Below are positions 52,301 through 64,000 of a DNA stretch of 64,000 bases, piece by piece; position 1 is the stretch's first letter; each line of letters opens with the position of its first letter. The stretch covers positions 372,001 to 436,000 of the forward strand of contig MU058796.1 in the NCBI GenBank assembly GCA_013265495.1, in the 5' to 3' direction. The notes beneath the pieces were generated by a model that was not told the origin of the DNA, ran no database searches, and saw only the letters and a list, made by a program, of their open reading frames with translations. The stretch is from Vicugna vicugna (Eukaryota). The translations under genes and the position numbers were made by a program.

Positions 52301-55300
52301 AATCTAACTACAGAGTATTTAAACACTTCTTTCATTAACTGGAAAATTGAGACAAAGATAGACTTCCCTCAGTGATAAGGTGTAATCTTTTACCTCCAAA
52401 TTTTGATAAGCTATAATTTACCTAAGTAGTTAGTTTTCTAAAGATTCCATTTAGTATCTATTTTTCACATTACACGATTTCTTCTTGTATAGAAATAATC
52501 AATATAAACAAACAGGCCAGCATTATCATCTTCAGTTTACACCTGAATATTTTTTATTTACATATATATCATATTTAAAGTCATTTTGCAATAGGCCACT
52601 GGAGAGAAAGTAAAATACTGAATAATTATATGAAATGTCAAAATTCATTTAAAAAATATTTTTCAGATTCCTTATTTGATTACCCATAAGCTTATTTTTA
52701 AATGATAAATGATAGTCTTCTGGGGATTCATATTATTTTAAAATAGTTTACATTCTTGAATTTTTCCAACATTTACATTTTATAGCTAGCATTCTTTTCT
52801 GATTTTATCTCAGCAAACTGTAAATATTTTTCATGTTATTTCCATAACCTCTTTCCTTGAAACATGCCACTTTACATATCACAGTAAGAATAAATTATAA
52901 TGAATTATTGTGTTTCAATTATCATTAGATAATAAACAGGAAATTAGTTCTTCTTGCAGTGTATTCTACATTGTCTGAACAATGAAATATATGTAGTTTG
53001 AATTTGGGTGATTAAATTCAGGTAGTAAGGACATAGTACTAATTAAATTGGTGTCATAAATTACATTCCCATAATGAAGAGAAACACTCTTTTAATGCAC
53101 TAATAATCTTCTTTACTTATAATGTAGATATGTGATTTTGGTAACCAGGGCAGTGGATAAGAGTGTGGATGGCTCAGTGCAACACATCTCCATCATTGAA
53201 TCAAAACCATTCAAAGAATATATTATCCAGGTGATGGTTTGGCAACTTCTTTTTAATGCAGAATAGCTGGAGAGATCATTTATATGTTTTTATTGTTTAA
53301 CCTCAACCAAAATTTTGTCATTGAATAACGCTCACCAAAATCTTATCATTACCAAATCATTTCAGTACTCCTTTGAGATATAAATGATATTTTAATATGA
53401 TTCTAAATTTGGATGCTAATTGTAAAAAAACGGATTCTTTTCTAATGCACTTTTACTTATCACAAAAACATATGCCTATTACATCATTGTTTGGTCTAGG
53501 ACCTAAGTGATTGATTTCATAGTGACTTTAAGAATGCATTGTAAAGAGTTGCAATAAGTTGAGAACGTAATTATAAAGATTTAAATTATTCTTGAAAATA
53601 GAGATGGCAACATTCTATTATCTTATCAAGGAAACTATGATGAGAATAGGTTTAGAAGAAAAATCTTTGCAAATTGTTGTTCTAGTTTCCACACGCTCAA
53701 ATTTATTTTTTATTAAAATATATACAACAAATAAAGACCTTTTTAAAATAAAAAAGATAAGTGGAGTTAAAAAATAACCATCATAATAATTAGAGAAAAA
53801 ATAATGAAGTTTGTAACAGCTAATATGTATGATCAGAAGGATCAAAAAGACAAGGTCAAACATCTCATGTTACACAATTTTAGATTATGAAATATTTTCA
53901 AAACTGAAACAAGTTTGTCTTTAAAAAATACTAAAATCATATATATTATAATTACTGTTTTATGCTATATCATTAGGACAACTTCAGTGTACTCTAATAT
54001 GAAATCTTATGTGTCGAGTAACTGTATCTTTGACTCACTTTCTTAAATGCAAAGAGGGTATTTGTGAGTTTGTTTTCTGACTCTTAAAAGCCTTTTGCAA
54101 GTTCTGCCATACTACAGTGAACTATGACATGAATAATCAAAGTCATGTTCTCAGAGGCACTAAAAATTCAATTTAGACTTCTGTGAAATTGCTATTTGGT
54201 TATCTTGGAGGGTTCAGATTCAAGCGAAGTGGAGTTGCCTTTACTATTAACCACTGCCTTGCTTTTGTTCTCACCCATGCCACGCATGTTGCTTTACCAA
54301 GAACTGCCCATTTAAACGTTTTATATTTAAAACAAAGAGTTGTAATTTTAGGTTACTCTTAGTTTAACTCCAACAATTTTTTTTAAATGCAAAGGAATTT
54401 CACCTGTATTATGGAGAGAGGTTTTCATCTATTAAAAAGGGATGAGGAGGCCCATTTTTAAACTACATACTTTAATAAGAAAATATTTGGTTATAAGTAC
54501 TTATGGTAAAAAAAATTATTATAAGAAGTCATAGACAATTTTGTATAAAATGAGTGTTGTTATAGTTACACTTTCTGGTTTGACAAAAACACTGATAGAT
54601 CTATAAGACACGATTATAGAAAATCCTCAAGGTGCAGAGATTACCAACCGCTATGGGAACAATCTATGGGAAAGAAAGACTACCTCTGAGTTGTGTCAGA
54701 CTCAGTGGGCAATGATTATGAAGGACACCTTTTTAAACTTGCTTACTGTTGAGCATCATAATGGTGTAAAAATAGTATCATCCTTTATACACAGTTATAC
54801 GTACATAAACTCTGCACAGAAAATCATGCTACCAGTTGTTTCAGTGGATTTTTAAAGAAGTATTAATTACAAAATGCCAGGTATTTAATAATATATATGA
54901 TTATAGACTTCTAGATAATATCATTAAGCCCACTATACCATAATCGTACCTGTAATATAGTTAAAACTATCATCACTTTTGGAGACTGCATCTCTACCTT
55001 TCAGATAGGGTTTGGCTTTCTTAGACCAGGATTTCCTCAGCCTGGAGAGAACCGGGCAATAGTTAAAAACTTACTGGCTTTGCCAAATGCTTTCATGTTT
55101 CTGCTCTCACGGAAAATGAGTTTTGATTTCTTCTCAGCCTACACGCATGGCAAAGCGAAAATGAAAAACAAAGCTAGGAACGTTCAACCAGTTCTGGTTG
55201 TTTGGTATTCGCATACTGCTTTGATCTGCTCTAGAGCTTTAAAATATTTATTTTCTAGAGTAGGGAAAACTAGTTTCAGCACTAAGCGTCATTGAACAGT

Positions 55301-58300
55301 AACGATGAAGAAAAGGGAACACACAATTTAGGATGAACTCCAGCTATTTTATTTCTATTTCTGTATTAGAAACCAGACCAGTTATATATTTTTTTTATTT
55401 GTTTATTTTAGAACTCTCACAGAGCTCTCATCACAGGCAAAAATAATAAATACAATTTACCCCCATTGGTAGTTCTCTACAGCGTGTAGGTCGAACTTCA
55501 CACAATTTTTGGCCTTCTGTCAAGACCTGGATCTCCTCCCTGCCCCACCCAGGCCCACCACTATGCAGCCCCTTTTAGAACTGGCTTATCTATATCCAAG
55601 TTTGCCAGAGTAGGGCACTGAAGAAGTTACTCACTGTGATCTGTTGGCTTATACTAATCACAATATTTTGCAACCATGCCCATTTTCATCCTTCTTCAGA
55701 TTTTTTAAATTGGTACCAATTCTTTTGTTATTCATAATTGTATTTTGACAGTAACCTCATCACTTTCAACAAAGATGCCTAGATGGTAAATAGCTTTAAA
55801 ATTAGCATAATTTCTGTATGAGAAATATGTGAACCCATTGAATAAAATAATCTTTGGTTTCTTAAAGTAGCTTAAATTAAAAACATGAGTTTCTACAGTT
55901 GGAAAAAAAAACATGTATGGTTAAAATGTTTGAAGCCCATCAATCTCTCAAATCACATAAGCTAATGAGTTCCTTCTGTTTTCTTTGAATGAAATCACCA
56001 TGAGTGGTTAGATGTTGATTTAACATAAAACAAATGGAAATGGATGTTTCCTTTGTCCTTTGTAGAATTTATTTTTTAAAACAATTAGCAAGTATTATGA
56101 ATAAGTCAATGATTTTGCCATTACTTAAATAATAGTACAGATTGAGCAGTTACATTGATTGGATTGTAGGGAACGCATAATAGACTATAACTCCCCTTGG
56201 CTTGCTAACATCTGCAGACATTATTACGCTTCTCATTTCTTTTTTTTCTACCATAACACCTGTACTGTTATAAATTATGTTTTGAATTGTCATGAAGTGT
56301 CAGGCAAATTATGTTTTCTGGATGTGTGTGTGTGTGTGTCATTTAAATGTTCCGTTGTAATGGCAGGTTTGTGGCTAACAACTTAATCTTGAATGTATCA
56401 GTGCAGTTAAGTGCTCTGTTCCAATCCTGTGTGGATACAAATAAGGCTGTATTACTCTGTGTAAAGTGCAAGGAAAAATTAAAAACTCTTTAATATTTAA
56501 AACATTATCCTAGAGAAGGAATACATCTAGATGTAATTTTAAAAACAGCAAGCTTATTATATTCTTAGGAAAAAAACTGTTGAACCCTTTGAACTCTATA
56601 AAACACACATCCTATTGAATTAAAATTAAAAACTTGTTTGAGGCATTTTCCACTCCCTATAGTTTTAACCCACTTCTGACAACCTCCCCCTCTCAGGCAT
56701 TCTCCTTTTTTTGTAGTCTCTTTAGGAACATAGTGGAGAGTGACTCACTTATGTTCCAAGCATTAAAGAATGTTAAACCTAAGAAGTGTAGACAGTGGTT
56801 CTTCCTGAGATTCTTTCTGAAAGAGTTAAATAAATAACTAAATGAGCCAACATATGGGCAGCTTAATTCAGGCAAAATTTTCTATTGATTACTTACTAAG
56901 CTTACTAAATAAAAAAACTTCAGCCCAAGTTTTGCCTCCCCAAAGGAAACAGGATTAGTCTAATCTATGCACTCATTGGGGCTTCTTGTGAATCTTGCTC
57001 AGATGAATGAAAAACCTTCAAATATGAACAAAAGAAAGGGCTAAAATTTTTTGGTAAATGCAAGTTATTATTGGTTTGACACATTTTGGTTTACGATCTT
57101 GAATAAAATAACTTCCTTTGGAATAAAGTTCCAGAGGAGACTATAATATAAATGACCTCTAAAGGTATGGGAATTCTATAATTCTGCCTTCTTCTCAACG
57201 TGTTTAAAGTAGCCTGATTTAATTTTTCTAGGTAGATTTGTTGTGTGTATAAATTTTGACAGATGTAAAAATGGAATAAGGTTTCACACCAGCTCTGTAT
57301 AAGTGTGTTTTTTTCCAGACTACTTGATATCTTGCATTGATAATATTTGAGTTATGTTATCTAAGAAATTTCAAATGGAAGTGTTTATGTAGTTTAAAGC
57401 ACCAGTGCTCTAAATGGCTCCTCTTATCTTTTGGATTGGTGAGAATATTAAAACACCAATACAGTATGTAGAAAAAAATTTTGATCATCAAGGATTCTTG
57501 TTTTAATTTGAGAATTATAATGAATCAACCAAAGAGCATGTTTACTATCTGTACATATGTACTTTTAACATCATTTTTTGCAAATTGAGAACAAACTTGA
57601 CCAATAGCTGGATTTAGTTTAGTACTACAAATATCTGGCTTTGTGACAAAATACAGGTATTAGGGTCTTCATGTCTTTTGAATAGTCTGCTGTTGACATT
57701 TTAATAACACTGTTGTTTGAAATGATTTCTGAAGTATGATGACTGCAGCATACCCACAGCAACAAAAAGTACATATTGTTTCTGAAAGCAGAGAAGCTCA
57801 AGTTTCATCCTATTTTCTAGAGGTTTTAAATCTTGGGAGGATCAGTTTTTCTTGAAAACCAATGCAAACATGCTTCTTTAATTGATGTCTGCATTCATTA
57901 GTATAAACAGTGATTTAGAAATACATCTGAAAACGTAGTCACTTTCAGCTCAGAAATTTTGTAATTATAAAAAAATTACGGTTTGATTTTATTCGTATGC
58001 AAAGGACACTTAACTGGCTTTTAAACATTTTTCTAGCGTGATTTGCTCCGTCCTGGTCAGCTCTCTTCAGTTTGGGTCCATCGCTGGCGCTGCCAGGCTG
58101 TTTGCTGACACTACCAACAGAGAGGTGCAAGGAAGTGTGGTCTGAGGACAAGAGCAAAAGCAGTTTCAATGTAAGGAAATGAGGGAAACAGACCTAACAG
58201 CACGATGAATGCACTTGCGAGTAAAAAGCCTTGTAGTCTCCTTTCCTTCCTTTGCTTATCCTGGTGGGTTTAATCAAAAACAAACAAAACGCTCTTGTGA

Positions 58301-58470
58301 AATAGTCAATAAAGTCAAAGTTTGGCTAGCTCTCTGTAACTACAAAGAAAAAGTCATCGCAATTTTAAAAAATGTAACTTTCATTAGCGAGCCCGCCGGA
58401 AATCTCAGGTATCAAAGACGCATTAACCCTGGAGCGTCCCCCGCGCGCCGCAGCCGGACGGAGGCAGCCG

Positions 58471-58585
58471 AGGCGAACAGACGTTCTTTCTCCTCGGAGC
58501 AGTCACACAAAAGGAGGGCCGCGGAAACTAAAACTTTCGGGGCCTCCGGCTCGCTGCGCTAAGAAAAGAGAAAACCTGGAGACGG
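58471..58585 (+). other. ADGRL2: Non-coding 5'UTR first exon (leader A) of ADGRL2; start approximate
   Basis: GGCGAACAGACGTTCTTTCTCCTC...CACAAAAGGAGGG...GGAAACTAAAA.TTTCGGGGCCTC...AGAAAAGAGAAAACCTGGAGACGG closely matches my recollection of the start of a human LPHN2 mRNA. It ends at a donor CGG|GTGGGT (intron from 58586). No ATG in the exon. Confidence 0.85.
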
Positions 58586-58979
58586 GTGGGTAAAAGACGC
58601 ATCCTGGGCGCCTCTCCGAAGTGCACGAGAGAACAGAGCTCCCGGGCCTGGAGGGAAAAGGGGAGGGGGCCCCGAGCCGCCGGCCAGCCCCCTGCGCCCG
58701 CCTCCGAGGCCCGAGCCCCGCGCTCCCCCGGGCTCTCGCAAATACCCTTCACCCCGTTCCAGAAATAAAATAAATGTTTTCAAAGTGCGTGTGTGTGGAC
58801 AGGATGGAGAGCGCGCGCCAGCGGAGCGCGCAGAGGACCGAGCGCGCAGTGAGTGGAGTTTGGGGAGGTGGGGGTCGGTAAGGAATGGGTGTATTGGCGC
58901 GGGGGGCTGGATGCGGAGCCCCGGGACCGAGGTGGGGGCGAGCCGAGCAGGAGGGAGGGGAGGGGCGCTAGCCACCGCA

Positions 58980-59140
58980 GGCCTCCTCCGGGGCGCGTTC
59001 CGCGGCCGTGCGCGCGCGTCCCTCGCCGCCGCCGCCCGGACAGCCCTGCGGCCGCCCCGCCGGCGGAGCCGGGGCTGGCCTGTCCTCGGGCGGCTGCTGG
59101 GCCACCGCCACCGCCACCGCCACCCGAACGGCTCGAACCC
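58980..59140 (+). other. ADGRL2: Alternative non-coding first exon (leader B) of ADGRL2; start approximate
   Basis: GC-rich segment inside the island ending at CCC|GTAAGT (intron from 59141). LPHN2 is known to use several leader exons. Confidence 0.7.
59101..59124 (+). repeat. (GCCACC)4 hexanucleotide repeat in leader exon B
   Basis: GCCACCGCCACCGCCACCGCCACC is directly visible. Confidence 0.9.
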
Positions 59141-60089
59141 GTAAGTGTCCCCTTTCGCTCCCCTCCCTCCCCCATCCCCGCTCGGGTAGATCGCCGCAGC
59201 TGCTCAAATGGAGTGGAAAATGGCCATTGGGCGGCAATGAGTTATAGATTATCTGCTCCACGTTTTGTACTTAGCTGCCTGTAATCTTCTTTTGAGTTTG
59301 CCTGAGCCCCTTGCTGGAAAAATCAGGAGGGAGAGATTTGTCCTTTGCCGCTGTACACGCTAATATGTTTATATGATTAGCCGAACTCGCGGGGGTGGGG
59401 AGGTGGGGATTTGGGGAGAGGAGGAGGAGGAGGCTGGAGGTGACTCCAGTTCAGACCTCGCGGAGAGTCTGTGTCAGGACTTCGCACTCCCCCGTCTCTC
59501 TTCCCCTCTCCCTCTCGCTCCCTCTCTCTCCCTCTCACTCTCCGCTCACACACGCAGAGGTACCGGAGAGAAATCTGGAGCTTACCGGAGAATTCCTTGG
59601 GATCCTCGGTAGGGGGGCATCTCCCCTCCGTTGCTGTGCGTGGCGTGGCTTGTGCCAGCACCTCCCCGCTTCCCCGAGCCCCAGTCCTCGCCTTCAGCCT
59701 GTCGTGGGGCAGCGGCCACTGCTCAGCCTCGGCCCGGAGACCCGAAATGTGAGGAGGGGCCGCTGCCGGCTCCCGTCCCAGGCCGCAGGGTCGGCACGAG
59801 GGATGCCAGTCAGGCCAGCGCGGACGGCGGGCTGAGGGGCTCCGCCTGACGAACTGAGTTGGCCTCGCGCCGCCGGCGTCTGCCCGCCCCTCCCGCGGCT
59901 GCCGCTCCGAGGGGACCCCCAAGTCTGCGCACCTCTGTCGGGCTTTTGCCTCCGCCACCCCCTGGGCTCTTCTTCCCGAATTTCTTATCTTTCCGAGGGA
60001 ACGTGCGGTCTGGGGCCGCGTGCGCGTGTGCAAAAGACCCCTCTCGCCGAGCGGCGTGTGGGAAACTGCGGGAAAATGTTGACCTAACC

Positions 60090-60325
60090 CCAGGAGCCGC
60101 CCGGCGCTGGCTGCTTGGCTGGAGGAGGCGGCGGCGGCGGCCAAGCAGGAGGACGCGCCGAGCCGCGGCGCTGTGTCCGGCCGGCGAGCCGCGGTGCTGC
60201 CTCCCGTGCGGACTCCGCGGCCGGCCTCGGCCCTCCCCGGCCAGGGCGGCCGCTGCCCTCTGCGCCTCTCCCCGCCCGGCCCCCGCGCCAGACGGCCCGC
60301 CCCTGGGGCGCGCTCAGAGACCGAG
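60090..60325 (+). other. ADGRL2: Alternative non-coding first exon (leader C) of ADGRL2; start approximate
   Basis: GGC-repeat-rich segment ending at a strong donor GAG|GTAAGA (intron from 60326). Confidence 0.6.
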
Positions 60326-63300
60326 GTAAGAGCCGCGAGAGCGAACAATGTGCCTCTGTGCCGGGCTGCGGAGACCTGTTTGCTTTGCGCCTCCCGCCCG
60401 GGGGTGGATGCTGGAGGTGGAGGGAGGTGCGAGTGAGTTGGGGCTCGGCTGTTTGTTTATATTCGGCTGGGCCAAGGGGGAGATCCGCACGGGCTCTGGC
60501 TGCTCGCCCCTTCCCCTTCCTCCCCCTCCTCTCCTCGGAAATGGAGCCGCAGAACTCCCCTTTCCGTCCAGCCTGCTGCTGCTTCGCCCAGCGAGTGTCG
60601 TGAAGCTCTCGAGGCATCATTCTAGTTACAGGGGTCTCTTGGGGCGGGAGGGAGAGTAGAATTGGGTTCGGCATTTTTTTTTATTTTCTCAAAGCCTGGG
60701 TCAGAAGGTGCCGCTCGCTCTTTCACAGGCCGTCTGCGGAGGGGGAAGGTGGGGCGCGCCCTCAAACGGGCTGCGGGGCCCCAGGCCGGGCGGGGAGCGC
60801 GCCCTTGTCCGCCCGCCACGCCTGCCTGCAGACCCGTCCCGGGCTAAGTGAAGCGGGGAGGCCGAGCGCTGGGAGCGAGTTCAGGGGAAGTGGGCGGTGG
60901 GGGCGGGGGGATGAAATGGGAAGACTTGTTGCGGGTGGTTTCTTCTCGTCGGTGGTTATGTTAGGTGGTGTGGAGAGGCGAGGATGACAGCGAAGCGCAG
61001 CCAGATGTGCCCGGGCCGGCGGTAGGGCTGACAACGATTAGGGACGGCCCCGTGGGGTGGGCGGGCGGCTGGGCCCGGCACCCGGCGGGCCCTGGGGAGG
61101 CCGGGAGCCTCCTGCACCCGCAGTGAGAGGGCAGCAGCGGGCCGCGCTGGGCCTGCGGGCGAAGTTACGCGGTGTGGGCTCTTGGTCTAGCGCTGGGGCT
61201 GGGAGCCCGGGGAAGCCTGGTTTGTGGGGTGGGGGTGTTGGGTGGGGAGCGGCGGGGAGAAAAAGGCGTGGGAGGAGCGCGAGGCAAGGGAGACACCCCC
61301 CGGGGGGGCTAACTGAGCGTGGGCTCCTTGATTGGCTGGGGCCACCAGACCCTCTGGTGGAGAGGCGAGGGCGAGCGGAGCGACAAAAGCGCCCCAGCAG
61401 TGGGGAGGCACGCCTGTGAGACTCCTTCGCTGGGGATCAGGAAAGTTTGTTCCTTTCGCCAAACTACGGGGCTTGGGTTAGGGGAAATCGCTGGAAGCTT
61501 TACTTTGTGCCAAAGTGTCGCTGAGCGGCGGCTAAGGAACGTACGTCTCTATTCATATATTTTTCTATTCTCTGTTCACTCTGTCCTCTGAAAGCGTAGT
61601 TGTAGGGGCAAGTCCTGCGGTGTCCGTCTCTTTCCCCATCTTGTATGGACTCCTCCTCCCTTACCCTTTCCCCTTTGCCTGGCCCCCTCATTCCGTTTTT
61701 CCTGATGCAAACTGTGTTGTCTCGGATTCAGACTGAGGAAATGTTTTCCTCCTGTTCCTTGAAAGGTGTCAGGCTGCTGAGCAGCTCCTCCAAGCAGCCT
61801 GGGAGCGTCTGAGCCGCAACCACCAACCATATGGTTCCCGTTACAAAGGCCGGGTTCTTAGGCACTCTCCTCCCCGCCCCTGCCCCCAATTTTTAAATTT
61901 TCTTTCGCATTCTTTACACTACGTATACTTCTCCTCTCTTCCAGAGGCGTAGATTTAACGAACGTGGTTTGTCCATTCATTTCCTTGTCAGTGTTTGTGT
62001 CTGGAACGAGCCCCACCGAGTTTGCTCTTTGCTCAGCTCGAGTTGCACAATTAGGAAAAGTCACATCCGTTTGGTAAATAATTGCCTGTTGGGTTGTCTC
62101 TTACTAAATCAAGTTTGATCTTGGACAAAACTTAAAAGATGGGCACTAAGGCGGCAGAATGCGTCCATAGCAGAAAAGTAGTTTGTGTGCTGTCTTTGGC
62201 AACATTCCCAGTTGTGATGGGACTCCTGACCTAGGTAAAAGGTAACTTTGTAACTTTAACTTAGTATCTTTATAATGATACTTGAGAAACTCCTTATAAG
62301 AAAATCTACTTCTGTTCAGGTGTGTTATGGAACTTTTTTGTTGGCCTTCCTTCCACCCTCCAATACATTTATGCATGATAGAATACTGCAGAACAAATGT
62401 TCTGTTGTTTAGTTTCTTCAGACATTCTGATTCTCTCCTTTTGTTGCTTGCCTCTAAAAGAGGTGCCATTTCACATCATTCTGCACAAATTGTTTGAATT
62501 AATGCAAGTGTGAATTCTTACCGTTTGAAGGGGACTATTAGCATATCAAAGGTTTCTTAGCTTCAGCTCGATTGAGAAAACTTCAGCCTGTCTTCCATTT
62601 GCTTCCAAGTGGAGGCCCAAAGGGCAATGAGAATTGTAAAGGGTAAAAATAGGGAGGTGGATTCAGGCTGTGTTTCTGCACTTTTACTGTTTTGTAATTA
62701 TGTGAACGAAAAACATTGTCTGTTGCTGTGGAGCCCTTGCAAATGGAAAGACAATTATTTTCTATTGATAGATGGTTTGTTCCTAGAAAAAGGGTGACCT
62801 TTTATTTTATGATAGTCACTGTTGCCTGTCTTTTGGGGTCCCTTGAGTGGAAGAGTGAAAAAGCTTTTCCTTCTAACTTAATACTTTTCTAGGGCCTACA
62901 CTTTGTTACATGAGTAAAATGGTTAAGAAAGGCTTTTAATTAGTGTGTAAAACAATAGAAATCTTGTGATAAAAGGACACATTTCTATACCTTGGAAACT
63001 TTATTTTTAATAAGCTTGGTAAATTAATAGGTAAAATTAGTGGAGAGTTGAGTATTAAGACTCAACATGAACTTTGTTAGTGCAACTTCTATTGCAAGTG
63101 TAAGTTTGAAAAAGGTTTTTTTCTAAGTGATGCTCAAATTTTTCATGAATTGTATATAGAGATAATTGTTTGAATATTGATTTTTTGTCTCAATTTTTGT
63201 ATTTTATCAAACATAGTGAACTTGTGAATTCTGCTTAAAGTTGGTTTGTTTTTCTTAATATTTATAGCATTATTTGCTCATGCTTTTTTAAATTTGCACA

Positions 63301-64000
63301 GAGATAGGTTCTTTGAATTTCTTTTAACAACTCAGTATCCATTAATGAAGAAACAAGTAAGAACAAGTACTTGGGTCATTTGAATCATTTTTTGGTGAGC
63401 AAATGGGTCAAGGGAGAACTTTTATCTTCAACTTCTGGAGAAATAATTGGTTTTGTTTATTTAGCTTTAGATTTCCTAAAACCTAGTTTCAAGATGAAAA
63501 TGAATCTCAGGGATGGTTTGGAGATTTGTAAGATTTGTAATATTTTACCTTTGATGGTTGATTGATTTTGAACGTGAATTGATGTCCTTTCATTAGAGGA
63601 GGGCTTTTTATCCTCATGTTCAGAACTCCTTGTTTTTCTTTTAAAAGTGAAAATTTGGAGGGAAAAATAATTATTAATCACTTAACATTTTAATCTTCAG
63701 TTTAATAGGATGATAATTTTTTTAGTGGCATTTAAGTTGTGTATTATTACCCTGAAATCAGTAAATGATAGTTTATTTATCTGATCCCTTCAGTTGTCTA
63801 AGAGTACTTTTGAGGCAGAAAAGCCCACGTTGATGTAATTGCTGTTATTGCACTTAAGTTGCTGTTAGCTAGTCTGCTTTGAATGCAGAGTGCTGTAAAG
63901 AAAATACATTATCCTTTAGAGCTATAAGTGATAATCTAAAAATTGTCTTGAAAACATTGCTCTTCATTTTACATGATGGTGATCCTGAATTCACCAAATT

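Larger units (their letters stand above)
58380..61620. promoter_or_regulatory. ADGRL2: CpG island / main promoter of ADGRL2 (latrophilin-2), with several alternative first exons
   Basis: Sharp switch from AT-rich, CpG-poor DNA to very GC- and CpG-rich DNA with GC boxes and GGC/GCC runs. It contains three + strand splice donors, and its 5' part matches the recalled human ADGRL2/LPHN2 leader. Confidence 0.9.

Noticed and set aside
1013..58169. Short (60-120 aa) ORFs across the AT-rich region
   Set aside because: Lengths are at chance level, many start at non-ATG codons or lie in repeats, and none resembles a known protein except the CR1 RT remnant.
59377..60348. 323-aa minus-strand ORF and the many overlapping ORFs in 58.2-61.8 kb
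   Set aside because: Low-complexity R/G/A/P-rich translations in all six frames are expected from stop-codon scarcity in a CpG island. No recognisable domain.
61620..64000. First coding exon of ADGRL2
   Set aside because: No signal-peptide ORF matching the ADGRL2 N-terminus is visible. This appears to be intron, with the coding exon beyond the window.

Overview
Mammalian genomic DNA, probably camelid because it carries a Vic-1-like tRNA-derived SINE. The window is almost entirely non-coding. The first ~58 kb is AT-rich and holds ancient repeats (MIR, L2, L3/CR1, old L1, MLT1 LTRs, hAT and mariner MITEs). A ~3 kb CpG island lies at ~58.4-61.6 kb. The start of the island closely matches, from memory, the 5' leader of human ADGRL2 (LPHN2, latrophilin-2), on the + strand. 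The island contains at least three alternative non-coding first exons, with splice donors after 58585, 59140 and 60325. A 42-nt exon with strong splice sites at 28240-28281 probably belongs to longer upstream-initiated ADGRL2 leaders. I found no protein-coding exon; the first coding exon should lie beyond the right edge. I found no novel biological system. The most notable oddities are a perfect 234-bp tandem duplication, an ~80-bp segment copied into an old L1 from 3.3 kb away, the ATG-rich micro-exon, a head-to-head MLT1 pair, a long CR1/L3 fossil and several enhancer-like motif clusters. Repeat family names and gene identity come from recognition by eye, not from database searches.
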